64,000 bases of DNA from an uncultured Acidobacteriota bacterium (GTDB lineage: Bacteria > Actinomycetota > Acidimicrobiia > Spongiisociales > ZC4RG35): contig CAVVCY010000003.1 of assembly GCA_963746905.1 (NCBI GenBank), positions 629,014 through 693,013 of the forward strand, in the 5' to 3' direction. How positions within the stretch are numbered: position 1 is the stretch's first letter; every line of letters begins with the position of its first letter. Both the position numbers and the translations under genes were made by a program. The notes beneath the pieces are model-generated. The model worked only from the letters and a program-made list of their open reading frames with translations. It did not search any database and was not told the origin of the DNA. Positions 17,983-28,571 of the stretch are shown here, piece by piece.

Positions 17983-18866
17983 TGCACCGCCTCCCGGAAC
18001 AGGTCGGTCAGGGACGGAGCGGTGTAGGTGAAGTGGCGGATCTGCCCCACGCTCTCGGCCCGGTTCAGCAATCCCCGGACATCGGTGCCGGCGTCGATAA
18101 CCAGGCTGTATCGCTCCCCTTCCACCTCCATGTTGCGAACCCCCTCCAGCGAATCGAACAGCCCATCGGCGTTGCCGTCGAGCTCGAGCTCGAGGTGCCG
18201 GATCGGTGCCTGGTCCTTCAGCTCACGTACCGAGCCTTCGACGACGATGATCCCTTTATCGATGATTGCAACCTCCTCGCATAGATCCTCGACCAGGTCG
18301 AGTTGATGGGAGGAGAAGATCACCGCCTTCCCCGAGGCCGCCTGCGCCCTCAGAATGTCGGACATAGTCTCGGAGGCGATTGGGTCCAGCCCCGAGAATG
18401 GCTCGTCGAGGACCAGCAACTCCGGGTCGTGGACCAGGGCCGCCGCCATTTGAACCCGCTGCTGGTTTCCGTGGGACAGGGCCTCGAGTCGATCACCCCT
18501 CCGTTCGGTCAGGTCCAGGATCTCCAACCATTTGTCGGCGGATTCAGCCGCCTGCGCCTTTCCAATCCCACGGAGGCGGGCGAGGTACACCAGTTGGTCG
18601 TGAATCCGCATCTTCGGGTAGAGACCGCGCTGCTCGGGCATATAACCGAATCGGAGCCTGGCGTCAGGATCGATCGGCTCGCCATCCCAGGTGACTGTCC
18701 CCGAGTCAGGCCGCATCAAGCCGAAGACCGAGCGCATCGCCGTCGTCTTCCCGGCACCGTTGGGGCCGAGAAAGCCAAGCATCGTCCCCCGCTGCACCGA
18801 CAACGTGCACCCATCCAGCGCCACTACGTCGCCGAAAGTCTTGTGGAGGTCCTGAATCGCGAGCAC
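17979..18866 (-). CDS. ABC transporter ATP-binding protein (NatA-like)
   Basis: Walker A GPNGAGKTT, signature LSHGNQQRV, Walker B LLVLDEPFSGLD. Confidence 0.9.
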   Translation of the reverse strand: MLAIQDLHKTFGDVVALDGCTLSVQRGTMLGFLGPNGAGKTTAMRSVFGLMRPDSGTVTWDGEPIDPDARLRFGYMPEQRGLYPKMRIHDQLVYLARLRGIGKAQAAESADKWLEILDLTERRGDRLEALSHGNQQRVQMAAALVHDPELLVLDEPFSGLDPIASETMSDILRAQAASGKAVIFSSHQLDLVEDLCEEVAIIDKGIIVVEGSVRELKDQAPIRHLELELDGNADGLFDSLEGVRNMEVEGERYSLVIDAGTDVRGLLNRAESVGQIRHFTYTAPSLTDLFREAVQ

Positions 18867-18894
18867 GGGTTGAGGAGGTTAGGGGCGAACCGGC

Positions 18895-19896
18895 TCAGTC
18901 GAGCAGGGTTGGGCGAAACAGGCGGTCGTGGGTGGTCAGGGCGAACCGGTCGGTCATGCCGGCCACGTAGTCGATGGCACGGTGGAGCCCGTCGGCGGTA
19001 GGGGTGGTGAACGAGTCGGGAACCTCACCGGGATTGTTGGAGAAATGCACCACCAGGTCCTCGATCACGCTGATTGCCTTCTGCTTCTGGCCCTCGAACT
19101 CAGGTCGCAGGTAGACCCGATCGAACATGAAGTCGCGAAGCTCGTCCATCACCTGCATCAAATCGGGGGCGATGGTCACTTCGCCCGCCGTGTAACTGGC
19201 CTCGATGACCGCGGTCACCATGGTGTCGATCCATTCCCTCGACGTGGCACCGAACCGTGCCAGAGCCGGGGTCGGGATCTCGTGGTACTCGAGGATCCCG
19301 GCGCGGAGGGCATCTGCGACGTCGTGTGTGAGGTAGGCGATGCGATCGGCGTAGCGACAGACCCATCCCTCGAGCGTTGCGGGCGGAGGGTCGACCTTCC
19401 AAGAGTGTGCCCGGACCCCATCGAGGACCTCTGCGGTGAGGTTCTGTGGTTCGAGCAACTCGAGAGTCCGCACTCCGTGCTCGGAGTGGAGCCAGAGCCC
19501 ATCGACAAATGGGGTGAGGGCTTCTTCACCGGTGTGGCCGAAAGGAGAGTGCCCGACATCGTGGGCGAGGCAGATGGACTCGGTCAGATCCTCGTTGAGG
19601 CCAAGGGCCCTGGCGATGGCCCGGCCAACCTGGTTGACCTGGATAGTGTGCGTCATCCGGGTCACGTAGTGGTCGCCGTCGGGGTTGAGAAACACCTGGG
19701 TCTTGTGCTTGAGGCGACGGAAAGCCTTGGTGTGGATGACCCGGTCCCGGTCCCTTTCGAAGGCGGTCCGGAACTCGTCGTCCTCCTCGGGTTCGGCCCT
19801 CCCCACCGTCTCGGAAGAGAGGGTGGCGTCGGGCGCCAGCAAATCGCGCTCGAGTTGCTCGCGTTCAATGCGGGTCCGTCGCAAGAGTCCGCCCAT
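18895..19896 (-). CDS. HD-domain dNTP/dGTP triphosphohydrolase-like protein
   Basis: 333 aa with FERDRDRVIHTKAFRRLKHKTQVF..THTIQVNQVGRAIA..LAHDVGHSPFGHTGE, characteristic of the dGTPase-like HD family. Confidence 0.8.
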   Translation of the reverse strand: MGGLLRRTRIEREQLERDLLAPDATLSSETVGRAEPEEDDEFRTAFERDRDRVIHTKAFRRLKHKTQVFLNPDGDHYVTRMTHTIQVNQVGRAIARALGLNEDLTESICLAHDVGHSPFGHTGEEALTPFVDGLWLHSEHGVRTLELLEPQNLTAEVLDGVRAHSWKVDPPPATLEGWVCRYADRIAYLTHDVADALRAGILEYHEIPTPALARFGATSREWIDTMVTAVIEASYTAGEVTIAPDLMQVMDELRDFMFDRVYLRPEFEGQKQKAISVIEDLVVHFSNNPGEVPDSFTTPTADGLHRAIDYVAGMTDRFALTTHDRLFRPTLLD

Positions 19897-19918
19897 CTGA
19901 TGTGAGGGTAGGTGCCCG

Positions 19919-21523
19919 CTAGGTGACCTGGACCCAGGCCAGAACCTCTGGCATCCGCCGCTTCAGCAATTTGCCCGCCAACAGGAGTGAGGTCGAATAG
20001 AACATCACGCCCCAGATCACGCCAACGGCCGCCGTGATCCACGGGTTGATCGCCTCGCCGAACTCGACGGTGAGCACGGTCACAGAGGCTGGCGGGATCA
20101 GCAGCATCCCTATGACGAAGAACGAGACGGTTTGGCTGACGATGGCCAGGCAGCCCTGCTCGGTTGACTGGGCGAACACGTCGGTCCCCTCGCGTGGCAA
20201 ACGCAGCGGGGCGAGGACTGACACCAGGTTGCCCACCGCCAGCTGGCAGCCGACAGCAGCCACCGTCAACGGAACTGCGAGCCACACCCATCGCCAATGG
20301 CCCGAGAACCAGGCCAATCCCAGAGTGAGGATCGTGGTTTCCACCGCGAGAGCTGTTGCCACGGCGAGGTTTTTGCCGAGCAGGAGTTGTCGGGGCTTGG
20401 GAGGGAGCACGAACAGGTAGCTAGCCGCGTTCCGTTCCCATCCGAAGAGGTTCAGAGCGATGGGAAGGCCCACGAACAGAACGAGGATGGGGGCGACCAA
20501 GGGTGCCCATTCCCGCTCTCGAAAGTCGAAGAACCCGGTGGCATTCATCACGACCCCGCCGATGGCGAGGCCGACGAAGATCACGGTCCCGGTCCAGACC
20601 AGGCGCTGGCGGGGGTCGCGCACGTAGAAGCGGAACTCCTTGCGGGCGAGAGTGGGCACCACTCCCCACAGCCCGTAAGCCATGCCTCCGCGCCGGGCTC
20701 TTGCTGCCGGCCTGTTCCTTTGCTCCGGTGTGGAGAGGAGCCACCCGAGCAGCTTCTTCCACGCCACCGTCAAGACGAGGAGACCAACCACCGCCGCCGC
20801 AAGGGACACCAGAGCGAGGCCAGCGTTGCCATCGGCCGCCCGGATCATGGCCTGCTGAGCCGCAACCGGGGGAATCAGAAGTGACCAGTTCATTATCGGG
20901 TGGGCGGTCGCCGCCGTTGCCAAACCCTCGGTGGCGACCATTTCGTTGACGAAGCGGTAGCCGAGGAAGGCACCGCCTGCGATGCCGAGGATCAGGAAGG
21001 TTGCGACGTCGCGTCCGCGTCGAGTGCGCAATATTGCCGATATCGCGGCCGAGAAGAGTTGGCCGCCCACGGCCAACAGGCCGAGAAAGGCCAACGAAGC
21101 CGGGAGGATCATCCACCACCCCCCGGCAAGGGCTGCGGCGTTGGCGCCGATCAGGAGGAGCGGAATCACCGTTGACGGGGCGATGAAGCTCGCCGCCACC
21201 AACCCGGCGACCATCTGATTCGATGTGATGGGTAGCAAGGCGAGTTGTTGTGGGTCGAGGTTCTCGTCGAGGGGGAAGATCACGACCGGTAGTGCGACCC
21301 ACGCCAGGAATGTGAAGAGAGCGACCCAGCCCATGTAGCTGGCGAAGGCTTCCGGGCTCTCAGCCTGGAGGGCACGCGCGGTTTCCAGGTGCGAACTCGC
21401 CAGCCAGTAGCCGAGCCAGCTCAGAAGGATCAGCGCGATCGGCAGGCCAAACCTTCGCTGGACGTCACTGCGGACGCCGTTCCAGGTGAGCCTCGCCTTG
21501 AGGCCGGCTAGCCGGCGTACCAC
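19919..21523 (-). CDS. Polytopic membrane protein, putative ABC exporter permease
   Basis: ORF 19919..21664 trimmed to GTG 21523 (MVRRLAGLKARL..), which overlaps the stop of the upstream ATPase gene. At least 10 hydrophobic helices. Confidence 0.6.
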   Translation of the reverse strand: MVRRLAGLKARLTWNGVRSDVQRRFGLPIALILLSWLGYWLASSHLETARALQAESPEAFASYMGWVALFTFLAWVALPVVIFPLDENLDPQQLALLPITSNQMVAGLVAASFIAPSTVIPLLLIGANAAALAGGWWMILPASLAFLGLLAVGGQLFSAAISAILRTRRGRDVATFLILGIAGGAFLGYRFVNEMVATEGLATAATAHPIMNWSLLIPPVAAQQAMIRAADGNAGLALVSLAAAVVGLLVLTVAWKKLLGWLLSTPEQRNRPAARARRGGMAYGLWGVVPTLARKEFRFYVRDPRQRLVWTGTVIFVGLAIGGVVMNATGFFDFREREWAPLVAPILVLFVGLPIALNLFGWERNAASYLFVLPPKPRQLLLGKNLAVATALAVETTILTLGLAWFSGHWRWVWLAVPLTVAAVGCQLAVGNLVSVLAPLRLPREGTDVFAQSTEQGCLAIVSQTVSFFVIGMLLIPPASVTVLTVEFGEAINPWITAAVGVIWGVMFYSTSLLLAGKLLKRRMPEVLAWVQVT

Positions 21524-22311
21524 GATGAGTCGTCCGGTGTCTTCCCACCTACGGCCGCAATGAAGGCGTCTTCCACGTTGTCGACACCCATCAGGCGACA
21601 CAGCCCTTCTGGCGTCTCCTCGATCGTCAGCCGGCCCTGGACCATGATCCCGATCCGGGTGCACAGCTTCTCGACTAGGTGCATCTCGTGTGAGGAGAAG
21701 ATGATCGTGGTCCCACCCTGGGCGGCTCGGAGAAGAAGGCTCCGAATCAGACGTGCCGAGACCGCGTCCACCCCCTCGAACGGCTCGTCCAGGAACAGCA
21801 CCGGGGGGCGATGAATGATGGCCGCGCCCAGGGCAATCTTCTTGCGCATGCCCCGGGAGTAGTCACCGATGAGTTTCGATCCCTCGTCGAGAAGGTCCAG
21901 CAGGTCGAGCAGCTCGTCGCGACGCCGGGTCGCCTCTTCCCGGCTCAGTCCATGCATCGCCGCCGTGAAATCGAGCAGCTCGGCGCCGGTCAACCGCTCG
22001 TAGAGGTTGAACTCCTCGGGGAGGACCCCGATCCTCGCCTTGACCTCTCTGGGTGATTTCCAGGTGTCGAATTCGCCGACGCCTACCGATCCCTCGTTGG
22101 GACGCAGCAGCCCGACGATGGTCTTGATCGTCGTTGTCTTGCCGGCACCGTTCTGGCCAAGCAGGCCGTAGAACTCACCGGGCCCGACGGATAGATCGAC
22201 ATGGTCGACCGCGACGGTTCTGCCAAATCTTCGGACCAGGCCTTTTGCCCAGACCGCGGGTGGCGCCGCCAGCGATTCGGTCGCTGACTCGTCGACGAGT
22301 GGTTGGGTCAC
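21508..22311 (-). CDS. ABC transporter ATP-binding protein
   Basis: Walker A GQNGAGKTT, signature YSRGMRKKI, Walker B VLFLDEPFEGVD. Confidence 0.9.
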   Translation of the reverse strand: MTQPLVDESATESLAAPPAVWAKGLVRRFGRTVAVDHVDLSVGPGEFYGLLGQNGAGKTTTIKTIVGLLRPNEGSVGVGEFDTWKSPREVKARIGVLPEEFNLYERLTGAELLDFTAAMHGLSREEATRRRDELLDLLDLLDEGSKLIGDYSRGMRKKIALGAAIIHRPPVLFLDEPFEGVDAVSARLIRSLLLRAAQGGTTIIFSSHEMHLVEKLCTRIGIMVQGRLTIEETPEGLCRLMGVDNVEDAFIAAVGGKTPDDSSWYAG

Positions 22312-22420
22312 GAGGCCAAGTATCGACGGATAGGACCGATAACCAAAGAAGAACGCGCCAGGAACAGGTCACTTGCCTGGCGAACCGGTCCCAGGTACCA
22401 AGTACCGTGGGATCCCAGTG

Positions 22421-24082
22421 GAGTATCAGGCCCTCTATCGGAAGTACCGGCCCCAGTCATTCGATGACGTCATCGGCCAGTCCCACGTCACCACGACACT
22501 GGCCCGAGAGATTGCGGATGGCAGGGTGGCGCATGCCTACTTGTTCACCGGGCCGCGGGGCACTGGGAAGACGACGACAGCCCGCATCCTCGCCAAGGCG
22601 CTGAACTGCACAAATCGCGGGCCGCAGGGGGCTCCGTGCAACGAATGTTTGAGTTGCGTTTCCATCACCGACGGGACCTCCTTGGATGTCCTGGAGTTGG
22701 ACGCCGCCTCGCACAACTCGATTGACGACATCCGCGACATCCGTCTGAGCGTGACCACGGTCGCCTCGACTGCGACCTCGAAGCGCGTGTTCGTGCTCGA
22801 TGAGGCTCACATGCTCTCTAAAGCAGCCGGAAACGCCCTGCTCAAGACCCTGGAGGAGCCTCCGGAGCACGTGCATTTCGTGCTGGCTACCACCGAGCCG
22901 TACAAACTTCTCGACACGATTCGGAGCCGCAGCCAGCGTTTCGACTTTCACCCGGTCCCGATCGAAGAGCTGGCCGGCCACCTCAGCCTGATCGCCGAGC
23001 GCGAGGGATATCAGTTCGATGCCGGTGCCCTGTTGTCGATCGCTCGTCATGCAGGGGGGTCGGTCAGGGACTCACTGTCCCTTCTCGAGCAGGTGGCCGC
23101 GCTTGGGGCCGGAACGGTCGAGGTGGGGGGTGTCCGGCGGGCCCTTGGTCTGGCCGATTCCGAGGCTTTCATGAGACTCGTCGAGGCTGTTGCTGCCCAG
23201 GATGCGAAAGGCGCGCTGGAATTGGTGGCCGAGCTTTCTGCGGACGGGGTCGATCTGAGGAGGTTCGTCGCCGAGTCGGTCGCCTTCTTCCGTGGGGCTT
23301 TCCTCGCCCACTACGCGCCCAACCTTGCCGAGATCGCAGACGAGCCACCAGAGGTCTACGGGGCGTGGCGACGAGCCGCCGAGCTGGTGACGTCTGGCGA
23401 TGTGTTGCGCGCGGTGGATCTCCTAGGTGAGGCGTTGATCAGGTTGCGTGAAGGGCGGGAGGAGCGTCTGATGACCGAGCTGGCGTTGATCAAGCTGACC
23501 AGGCCGGAGACGGCTAGTGACACCTCCGCCCTCCTGAGCAGGATCGAACGGTTGGAGCGGGGTCAGCCGCGTCAGGCGATCGTCGAGCCGCCGATGGCCG
23601 TAGCCGAGCATACGACGCCTGTCGCTGTGGCTAACGAGAGTGGCGAGGCGGTTCCTGACAATCCGTCCGTCACCCCGAAGCCAACTGGCAACGGATCAGA
23701 GGTCTCCTTCGAACAGCTGCAGAAGGTGTGGCCCGGCCTGTTCGGGAGCCTGCGCGATGTGTTGGGCGCACGACGCTGGGCGTTCTTCAGGGAGGCTGTC
23801 CCGATCTCGGTGGAAGGTGACACCATCACCCTGGAGGTAGCCCACGACTTCCATCTCCAGTCGTTGCAAGAGGACGATGTCGTCGCTTCGATCGTCGCCA
23901 CTCGAGCCGGCGACCTGCTCGGCAGTGAGGTGAAGATTCTCTTCCGGTCCCGTCAGGGGTCAGAGAGCGAGATCGAAACCCAAGAGATCGACCTCGGTGA
24001 CCTCGAGGAGCGCTCGGAACGCTCTACCGATCCGACCAGCCTCCTCGTCGACGAGTTAGGAGCCGAAGAGGTAGAGGAGTAG
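22421..24082 (+). CDS. dnaX: DNA polymerase III subunit gamma/tau
   Basis: ORF 22373..24082; likely start is GTG 22421 (VEYQALYRKYRPQSFDDVIGQ). Shows GPRGTGKTT, the Zn module CNECLSC and VFVLDEAHMLS. Confidence 0.9.
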   Translation, partial: EYQALYRKYRPQSFDDVIGQSHVTTTLAREIADGRVAHAYLFTGPRGTGKTTTARILAKALNCTNRGPQGAPCNECLSCVSITDGTSLDVLELDAASHNSIDDIRDIRLSVTTVASTATSKRVFVLDEAHMLSKAAGNALLKTLEEPPEHVHFVLATTEPYKLLDTIRSRSQRFDFHPVPIEELAGHLSLIAEREGYQFDAGALLSIARHAGGSVRDSLSLLEQVAALGAGTVEVGGVRRALGLADSEAFMRLVEAVAAQDAKGALELVAELSADGVDLRRFVAESVAFFRGAFLAHYAPNLAEIADEPPEVYGAWRRAAELVTSGDVLRAVDLLGEALIRLREGREERLMTELALIKLTRPETASDTSALLSRIERLERGQPRQAIVEPPMAVAEHTTPVAVANESGEAVPDNPSVTPKPTGNGSEVSFEQLQKVWPGLFGSLRDVLGARRWAFFREAVPISVEGDTITLEVAHDFHLQSLQEDDVVASIVATRAGDLLGSEVKILFRSRQGSESEIETQEIDLGDLEERSERSTDPTSLLVDELGAEEVEE

Positions 24083-24090
24083 GTACTTAC

Positions 24091-24119
24091 GAGTAACGGC
24101 GACGAGGTCGCCGTTACTC
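24091..24119 (+). terminator. Perfect 13-bp hairpin between dnaX and ybaB (terminator/attenuator)
   Basis: GAGTAACGGCGAC-GAG-GTCGCCGTTACTC followed by TTGGTTC, located 8 nt before the ybaB ATG. Confidence 0.5.
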
Positions 24120-24126
24120 TTGGTTC

Positions 24127-24450
24127 ATGAACCGCCAGCCCGACATGCGCCAACTGATGAAGCAGGCCCAGCAGATGCAGGCCCAGTTCGCCGCCGCTCA
24201 GGCCGAGTTGGCGCAACGCACCTTCGTGGGCAGCTCTGGTGGCGGGATGGTGACCGCGACGGTGACAGGAGGCCAGGAGCTGGTTGCGATCACGATCTCC
24301 CCTGATGTGGTCGACCCCACCGACATCGAGATGCTCGAGGATCTGGTCCTGACCGCGGTCCGTCAGGGTTTCGAGGCAGCCGCCGCTGCAGCGTCCGAGG
24401 AGCTCGGCGGCCTCACCGGCGGGCTCGATCTCGGCGGCATTCTCGGTTGA
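24127..24450 (+). CDS. ybaB: Nucleoid-associated protein YbaB/EbfC family
   Basis: 107 aa ([33 protein letters not shown]). Conserved position between dnaX and recR. Confidence 0.85.
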   Translation: MNRQPDMRQLMKQAQQMQAQFAAAQAELAQRTFVGSSGGGMVTATVTGGQELVAITISPDVVDPTDIEMLEDLVLTAVRQGFEAAAAAASEELGGLTGGLDLGGILG

Positions 24451-25043
24451 TGTTCGAAGGACCCGTCCAGCGGCTCATCGACGAGCTCGGCCGGCTTCCA
24501 GGCATAGGGCAGAAGACAGCGCAGAGACTTGCGTTCCACCTGCTCGCGGTCGAGGAGGCCGACGCCCGCCGTCTCGCGACCGCCATCGTCGATATGAGGG
24601 AGCAGGTCGGGCTCTGTGCCCGTTGCTTCAATGTCGCCGCGGGTGAGGAATGTGCGATCTGCCGGGACACGAGGCGCGATGTCACTTTGGTGTGCGTTGT
24701 GGAGCGCCCGCAAGACGTGATGGTCGTGGAGCGGACCCAGGAGTTCAGGGGCAGGTATCACGTCCTCGGCGGCTCGCTGTCGCCGATCAACGGAGTCGGT
24801 CCCGGCCAGATCCGGATCGACGAGTTGAAGGCCCGGATCGGGCCCGAAGGGATCACGGAATTGATCCTGGCCACCAACCCCACGGTCGAAGGGGACGCAA
24901 CGGCGATGTACATCGCCCGAGAGCTCAAGCCTCTAGGAGTGAGAGTGACCCGCCTTGCTTCCGGCCTCCCCGTCGGCGGGGACCTCGACTACGCCGACGA
25001 GTTGACGTTGGGCCGGGCCTTGGCTGGGAGGATGGAGTTGTGA
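24447..25043 (+). CDS. recR: Recombination protein RecR
   Basis: 198 aa with [17 protein letters not shown], a C4 zinc finger CARCFNV..CAIC and a Toprim region. Start overlaps the ybaB stop. Confidence 0.95.
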   Translation: MMFEGPVQRLIDELGRLPGIGQKTAQRLAFHLLAVEEADARRLATAIVDMREQVGLCARCFNVAAGEECAICRDTRRDVTLVCVVERPQDVMVVERTQEFRGRYHVLGGSLSPINGVGPGQIRIDELKARIGPEGITELILATNPTVEGDATAMYIARELKPLGVRVTRLASGLPVGGDLDYADELTLGRALAGRMEL

Positions 25044-25856
25044 GACGGACCGCCAGAGGCGCATTCGGCGCCCTGGCTGTCCTCGTTCTCGGGTTTGTGG
25101 TCGCTCTTGCCGCCAACTCGGTCCCCGGGCGCGTTGACGAGCCGATCCTCGATGTCGGCTGGCAACCGGGTATCGCAATGGAGTCAGTCCTCACCTGGCT
25201 CATCGTCATTGCGGCTGTGATCGGTGCCCTGATACTGGTCTTCACTGCCCATCAGGGACCCCCCCGCCAGGGACACAGGCGAAACTACCTTGTGGGGCTG
25301 ATCATCGGTGTCCTCGTGTTCGCCCTGGTGGCCCGTTTCATGCGATCGATTGCCGACACTCTCGCCCCCGAGACCTCGGAAGTCACTGCCGAGGTCGCGG
25401 AGGGGCCAATCCAACAGGTCGCCGGCAACGGGATCTGGATGTTGAGCCTCCTGGTTGCAGCGGTGGTCGCAATCGCTCTTGCCAAAGTCGGGCTGGCGAT
25501 TCGGTCTGGGGCGCCTCCGGTGGAAGAGGCGCCACTTCCCGAGGCGATCGCGTCCGCCTCGGTCGACGTGGTCGCCTCGACGTCATACGGTGAGGACCCT
25601 CGGGGGCGGGTGTTCGGCGCATACGCCAGGTTCGAACATGCATTGGAGGAGGTGGGAGTGGCCAGGTCTCCGGCGGAGACTGCGTTTCGCCACATCGGAA
25701 GGGCCTCGGCCGCCCTCGACCTCAATGCCTCGGATGTCAGGGTTCTCTCCACGTCGCCACGCCGACGCCAGATTCGGCCCTCTCGATCCAACGATCGATG
25801 AAGCGGCAGAAGCCGAGTCGGCGTCTGCTCGATTGCGTGGGGAGATCGAGCAATGA
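25040..25856 (+). pseudogene. DUF4129-like membrane protein, frame interrupted once near 25760
   Basis: GTG 25040 overlaps the recR stop (GTGA). Sequence runs [19 protein letters not shown].. with TM helices, then DPRGRVFGAYARFEHALEEVGVARSPAETAF. The C-terminus ADARFGPLDPTIDEAAEAE..GEIEQ* is in the +1 frame and its stop overlaps the next ATG (ATGA). Confidence 0.55.
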
Positions 25857-26308
25857 GCCGGGTCGTGGTCACGGCCTTTCTCGCGGCGATGGTCTCCGCT
25901 CTTCTGCTCCTCCAACTCCAACGTGGTCAGGAGCTCTGGATGTGGGAACTGCTGATCGTGTTTGTCGTCGTGTGGCTGGCCCGAGGACTTCCAGTGGACA
26001 GCGCCGGGGTCGAACAGCGCCTTTTCCAGAAGTCCGTGACGAATCCGACTCGCCTCCCTCGCTCGGTCTCATTCACCGAGATGGCCGCGGTGGACGCCCT
26101 CGCCGGCTCACAGGCGAGGGAACAGCGGATCCGCCCGATGATCGAGCTCATCGCAACTCATCGCCTGGGGCGTCATGGCCTCGCGCTGGAGTCCGCTCCG
26201 GCCATGACGCTTTTGGGAGAAGAGCAGTGGAGGTGGCTGACCGGAAGGGAGGAATCCCTCCGGCCGGGTGAGCTCGAGGAATTGGTTTCCGAGTTGGAGC
26301 AGCTGTGA
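25853..26308 (+). CDS. Hypothetical membrane protein of the MoxR cluster
   Basis: 151 aa with two N-terminal TM helices. Start and stop overlap both neighbouring genes. Confidence 0.5.
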   Translation: MSRVVVTAFLAAMVSALLLLQLQRGQELWMWELLIVFVVVWLARGLPVDSAGVEQRLFQKSVTNPTRLPRSVSFTEMAAVDALAGSQAREQRIRPMIELIATHRLGRHGLALESAPAMTLLGEEQWRWLTGREESLRPGELEELVSELEQL

Positions 26309-27288
26309 GCGTCGCACCGGCCGATCCGGGCACGATAGGTGCCCTCGCCACCTCGATTCTCGACGAGGTCGAGCGGGCTGTTCACGGCAAGCGCCGGGAG
26401 CTCGAACTGATCCTCCTGGCGATCCTCGCCGACGGCCACATCCTCATCGAGGACTTGCCCGGGCTTGCCAAGACGCTCGTGGCTCGCTCATTTGCCGCGG
26501 TGACCAATCTTCAATTCGCCCGGGTTCAGTTCACGCCGGACTTGATGCCTATGGACATCACGGGCTCCTTTGTCCTCGACCCGGCGACCGGGCTACCTGG
26601 TTTCCGCCCCGGCCCGGTGTTCGCCAATGTCTTGTTGGCTGACGAGATCAACAGGGCCCCGGCGAAGACACAGGCTGCCCTCCTCGAAGCAATGCAAGAG
26701 AGGCAAGTGACCGCCGATGGAGTGACCCGACCGCTAGGCCCCCCTTTCCTGGTCATCGCCACTCAGAACCCGATCGAGTACGAGGGGACCTATCCCCTGC
26801 CCGAGGCCCAGATCGACCGTTTCTTGATCCGGGCCCGTCTCGGGTATCCCAAGGCAGACGCGGAATGGGAGATGTTGCGCCGCCGGGCGGAGCGGGGTAC
26901 CGACGAGGTCACACTCGACGTCGTGGTGGATCGAGAGACCCTCATGGGAATGCAGAGAGCCGTCGAGGAGATTCACGTCTCCGAGCCGGTCGGCCGGTAC
27001 ATAGTCCAACTCGTCGCCGCCACCCGGTCATCGGGCCGGGTTCGGGTCGGCTCGAGTCCTCGCGGGTCGCTGGCTGTCATGAAGTTGGCCCGGGCCAGGG
27101 CCGCACTCTCGGGTCGTGGCTTCGTGCTCCCGGACGACGTGCAGGATGTTGCGGTGCCGGCTCTGGCGCATCGCCTCATCCTTCGGCCCGAATTCTGGGC
27201 GCAGGACCTGAGTGAAGAGCGGGTGATCGAAGAGGTGCTGGAGCAGGTGCCCAGCCCTCCGGCGACTCCTTCCGTCCACGCCCCGTGA
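26305..27288 (+). CDS. MoxR-family AAA+ ATPase
   Basis: HILIEDLPGLAKT (Walker A variant), LLADEINRAPAKTQAALLEAMQERQVT, FLVIATQNPIEYEGTYPLPEAQIDRF. Confidence 0.9.
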   Translation: MSVAPADPGTIGALATSILDEVERAVHGKRRELELILLAILADGHILIEDLPGLAKTLVARSFAAVTNLQFARVQFTPDLMPMDITGSFVLDPATGLPGFRPGPVFANVLLADEINRAPAKTQAALLEAMQERQVTADGVTRPLGPPFLVIATQNPIEYEGTYPLPEAQIDRFLIRARLGYPKADAEWEMLRRRAERGTDEVTLDVVVDRETLMGMQRAVEEIHVSEPVGRYIVQLVAATRSSGRVRVGSSPRGSLAVMKLARARAALSGRGFVLPDDVQDVAVPALAHRLILRPEFWAQDLSEERVIEEVLEQVPSPPATPSVHAP

Positions 27289-28571
27289 AAGCCGTCGCCA
27301 GCCCGCGATTGCGCGCCTACATCACTGCGGGGCTGGTTGGCTTGGGCGCCGCCCTGGCGGTGGGTGATCCCGGGCCGGCGTTGGTGGGCACCGCCCTGCT
27401 CGCCCTGGCGGTCGTTGGCCTGGTGACGCGGGCAATCCCGGGCATGACTGCCCGGATCGACCAAGTGCCCGCCACGATGGTGGAGGGCGGCGAGTACCAG
27501 GTCTCGCTGCATTTGGAGACCGACCGGCGCATCGGGCCGGTGTACGTCGAGATCGCTCTCGAAGACATGGACGTCATCTCCACCGTTGGCGGCCGCCTCA
27601 TCGATCGATCCACCCTGGTGATTCCTTCGATCGACCGGTCGTTGCAGGCTGCGTTCACGGTCTCGCCCCGGGGGTGGGGCAGGAAGAGCGTGGGACCGGT
27701 AACCGTGTACGCCGACTCACCGCTCGGCATGTTCGAACTGAGTCACAGGGTGCCAGGTATCCACGATGTGGTGGTCCTGCCCGAGGAATCGACTCTGAGG
27801 CGGTTGCTGAGACCATTGGAAACCACCCTCCACGTCGGTGAGTTGGTCTCGACCAGGAGAGGCGCCGGGACCGAGTTCGCCGACCTTCGCCCCTACCAAC
27901 ATGGCGACGATCCTCGATCCATCAACTGGCGGGTGTCGTCCCGGGCCGAGCGATTGTGGGTCAATGAGCGACACCCGGAGCGGAACGGGGACGTCGTCCT
28001 TCTCGTCGACGCCCAGGTTGAAAGCGAGACCGATACCGAGTGGCTGGTCGATCGCGCGGTCCGGATGGCGGCCACCCTGCTCAGGGCGCACGCCAGGCAC
28101 CGTCACCGCCTCGGCCTGGTCACCTTGGATGGCGTCTGTGGATGGGTCATGCCGGGCATGGGGGAGAGCCATCGTCGGCGCACGATGGAGCAGCTCATGG
28201 CCGTGACTCCGAGCAAGGTCATGTGGCAGCGAGTGGAACGGGCCGTGGCTCGGGCCGCGCGACGCCCAGCCATGGTGATCGCCCTGACCTCACTACTCGA
28301 TCCGAACCTCGCAGGTCTGATGCATTCGATGCGGCGGTCGGGCATGGATGTGTCTGTGATCGAGATGGATGTGGAGTCGGTGTTGCCCCCTCCTCTCGAC
28401 GAGGCCAGATCCGTGGGTCGCCGGATTTGGAGTCTCGAGCGTGAGCGTCTGCGCGACCGTCTCGCCTCCGAGGGGATCCCAATCACGCTGTGGCGCAGTG
28501 ACGAACCGGCCGACGTGCCGATCGCGCGTCTCGAACAATGGAGGACGTCTTGGCGACGACGGCTCGGCTGA
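27285..28571 (+). CDS. DUF58 (vWA-like) domain protein
   Basis: 428 aa with N-terminal TM helices, GAGTEFADLRPYQHGDDPRSINWR and DVVLLVDAQ. Conserved partner immediately downstream of MoxR. Confidence 0.8.
   Translation: MKAVASPRLRAYITAGLVGLGAALAVGDPGPALVGTALLALAVVGLVTRAIPGMTARIDQVPATMVEGGEYQVSLHLETDRRIGPVYVEIALEDMDVISTVGGRLIDRSTLVIPSIDRSLQAAFTVSPRGWGRKSVGPVTVYADSPLGMFELSHRVPGIHDVVVLPEESTLRRLLRPLETTLHVGELVSTRRGAGTEFADLRPYQHGDDPRSINWRVSSRAERLWVNERHPERNGDVVLLVDAQVESETDTEWLVDRAVRMAATLLRAHARHRHRLGLVTLDGVCGWVMPGMGESHRRRTMEQLMAVTPSKVMWQRVERAVARAARRPAMVIALTSLLDPNLAGLMHSMRRSGMDVSVIEMDVESVLPPPLDEARSVGRRIWSLERERLRDRLASEGIPITLWRSDEPADVPIARLEQWRTSWRRRLG

Noticed and set aside
18895-19896. HD-domain dGTPase-like gene between two ABC exporter operons, considered as a possible anti-phage dNTP-depletion gene.
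   Set aside because: This family is a near-universal housekeeping gene in actinobacteria. Nothing in its sequence or neighbourhood (no other defence genes, no mobile elements) supports a defence island.
22312-22420. Possible SRP (4.5S) RNA upstream of dnaX, a common position; the hairpin CGCCAGG..CCTGGCG is present.
   Set aside because: The conserved domain IV sequence (GGAAGCAGCC-like, GNAR tetraloop context) is not present. This is only a simple hairpin in a divergent promoter region.
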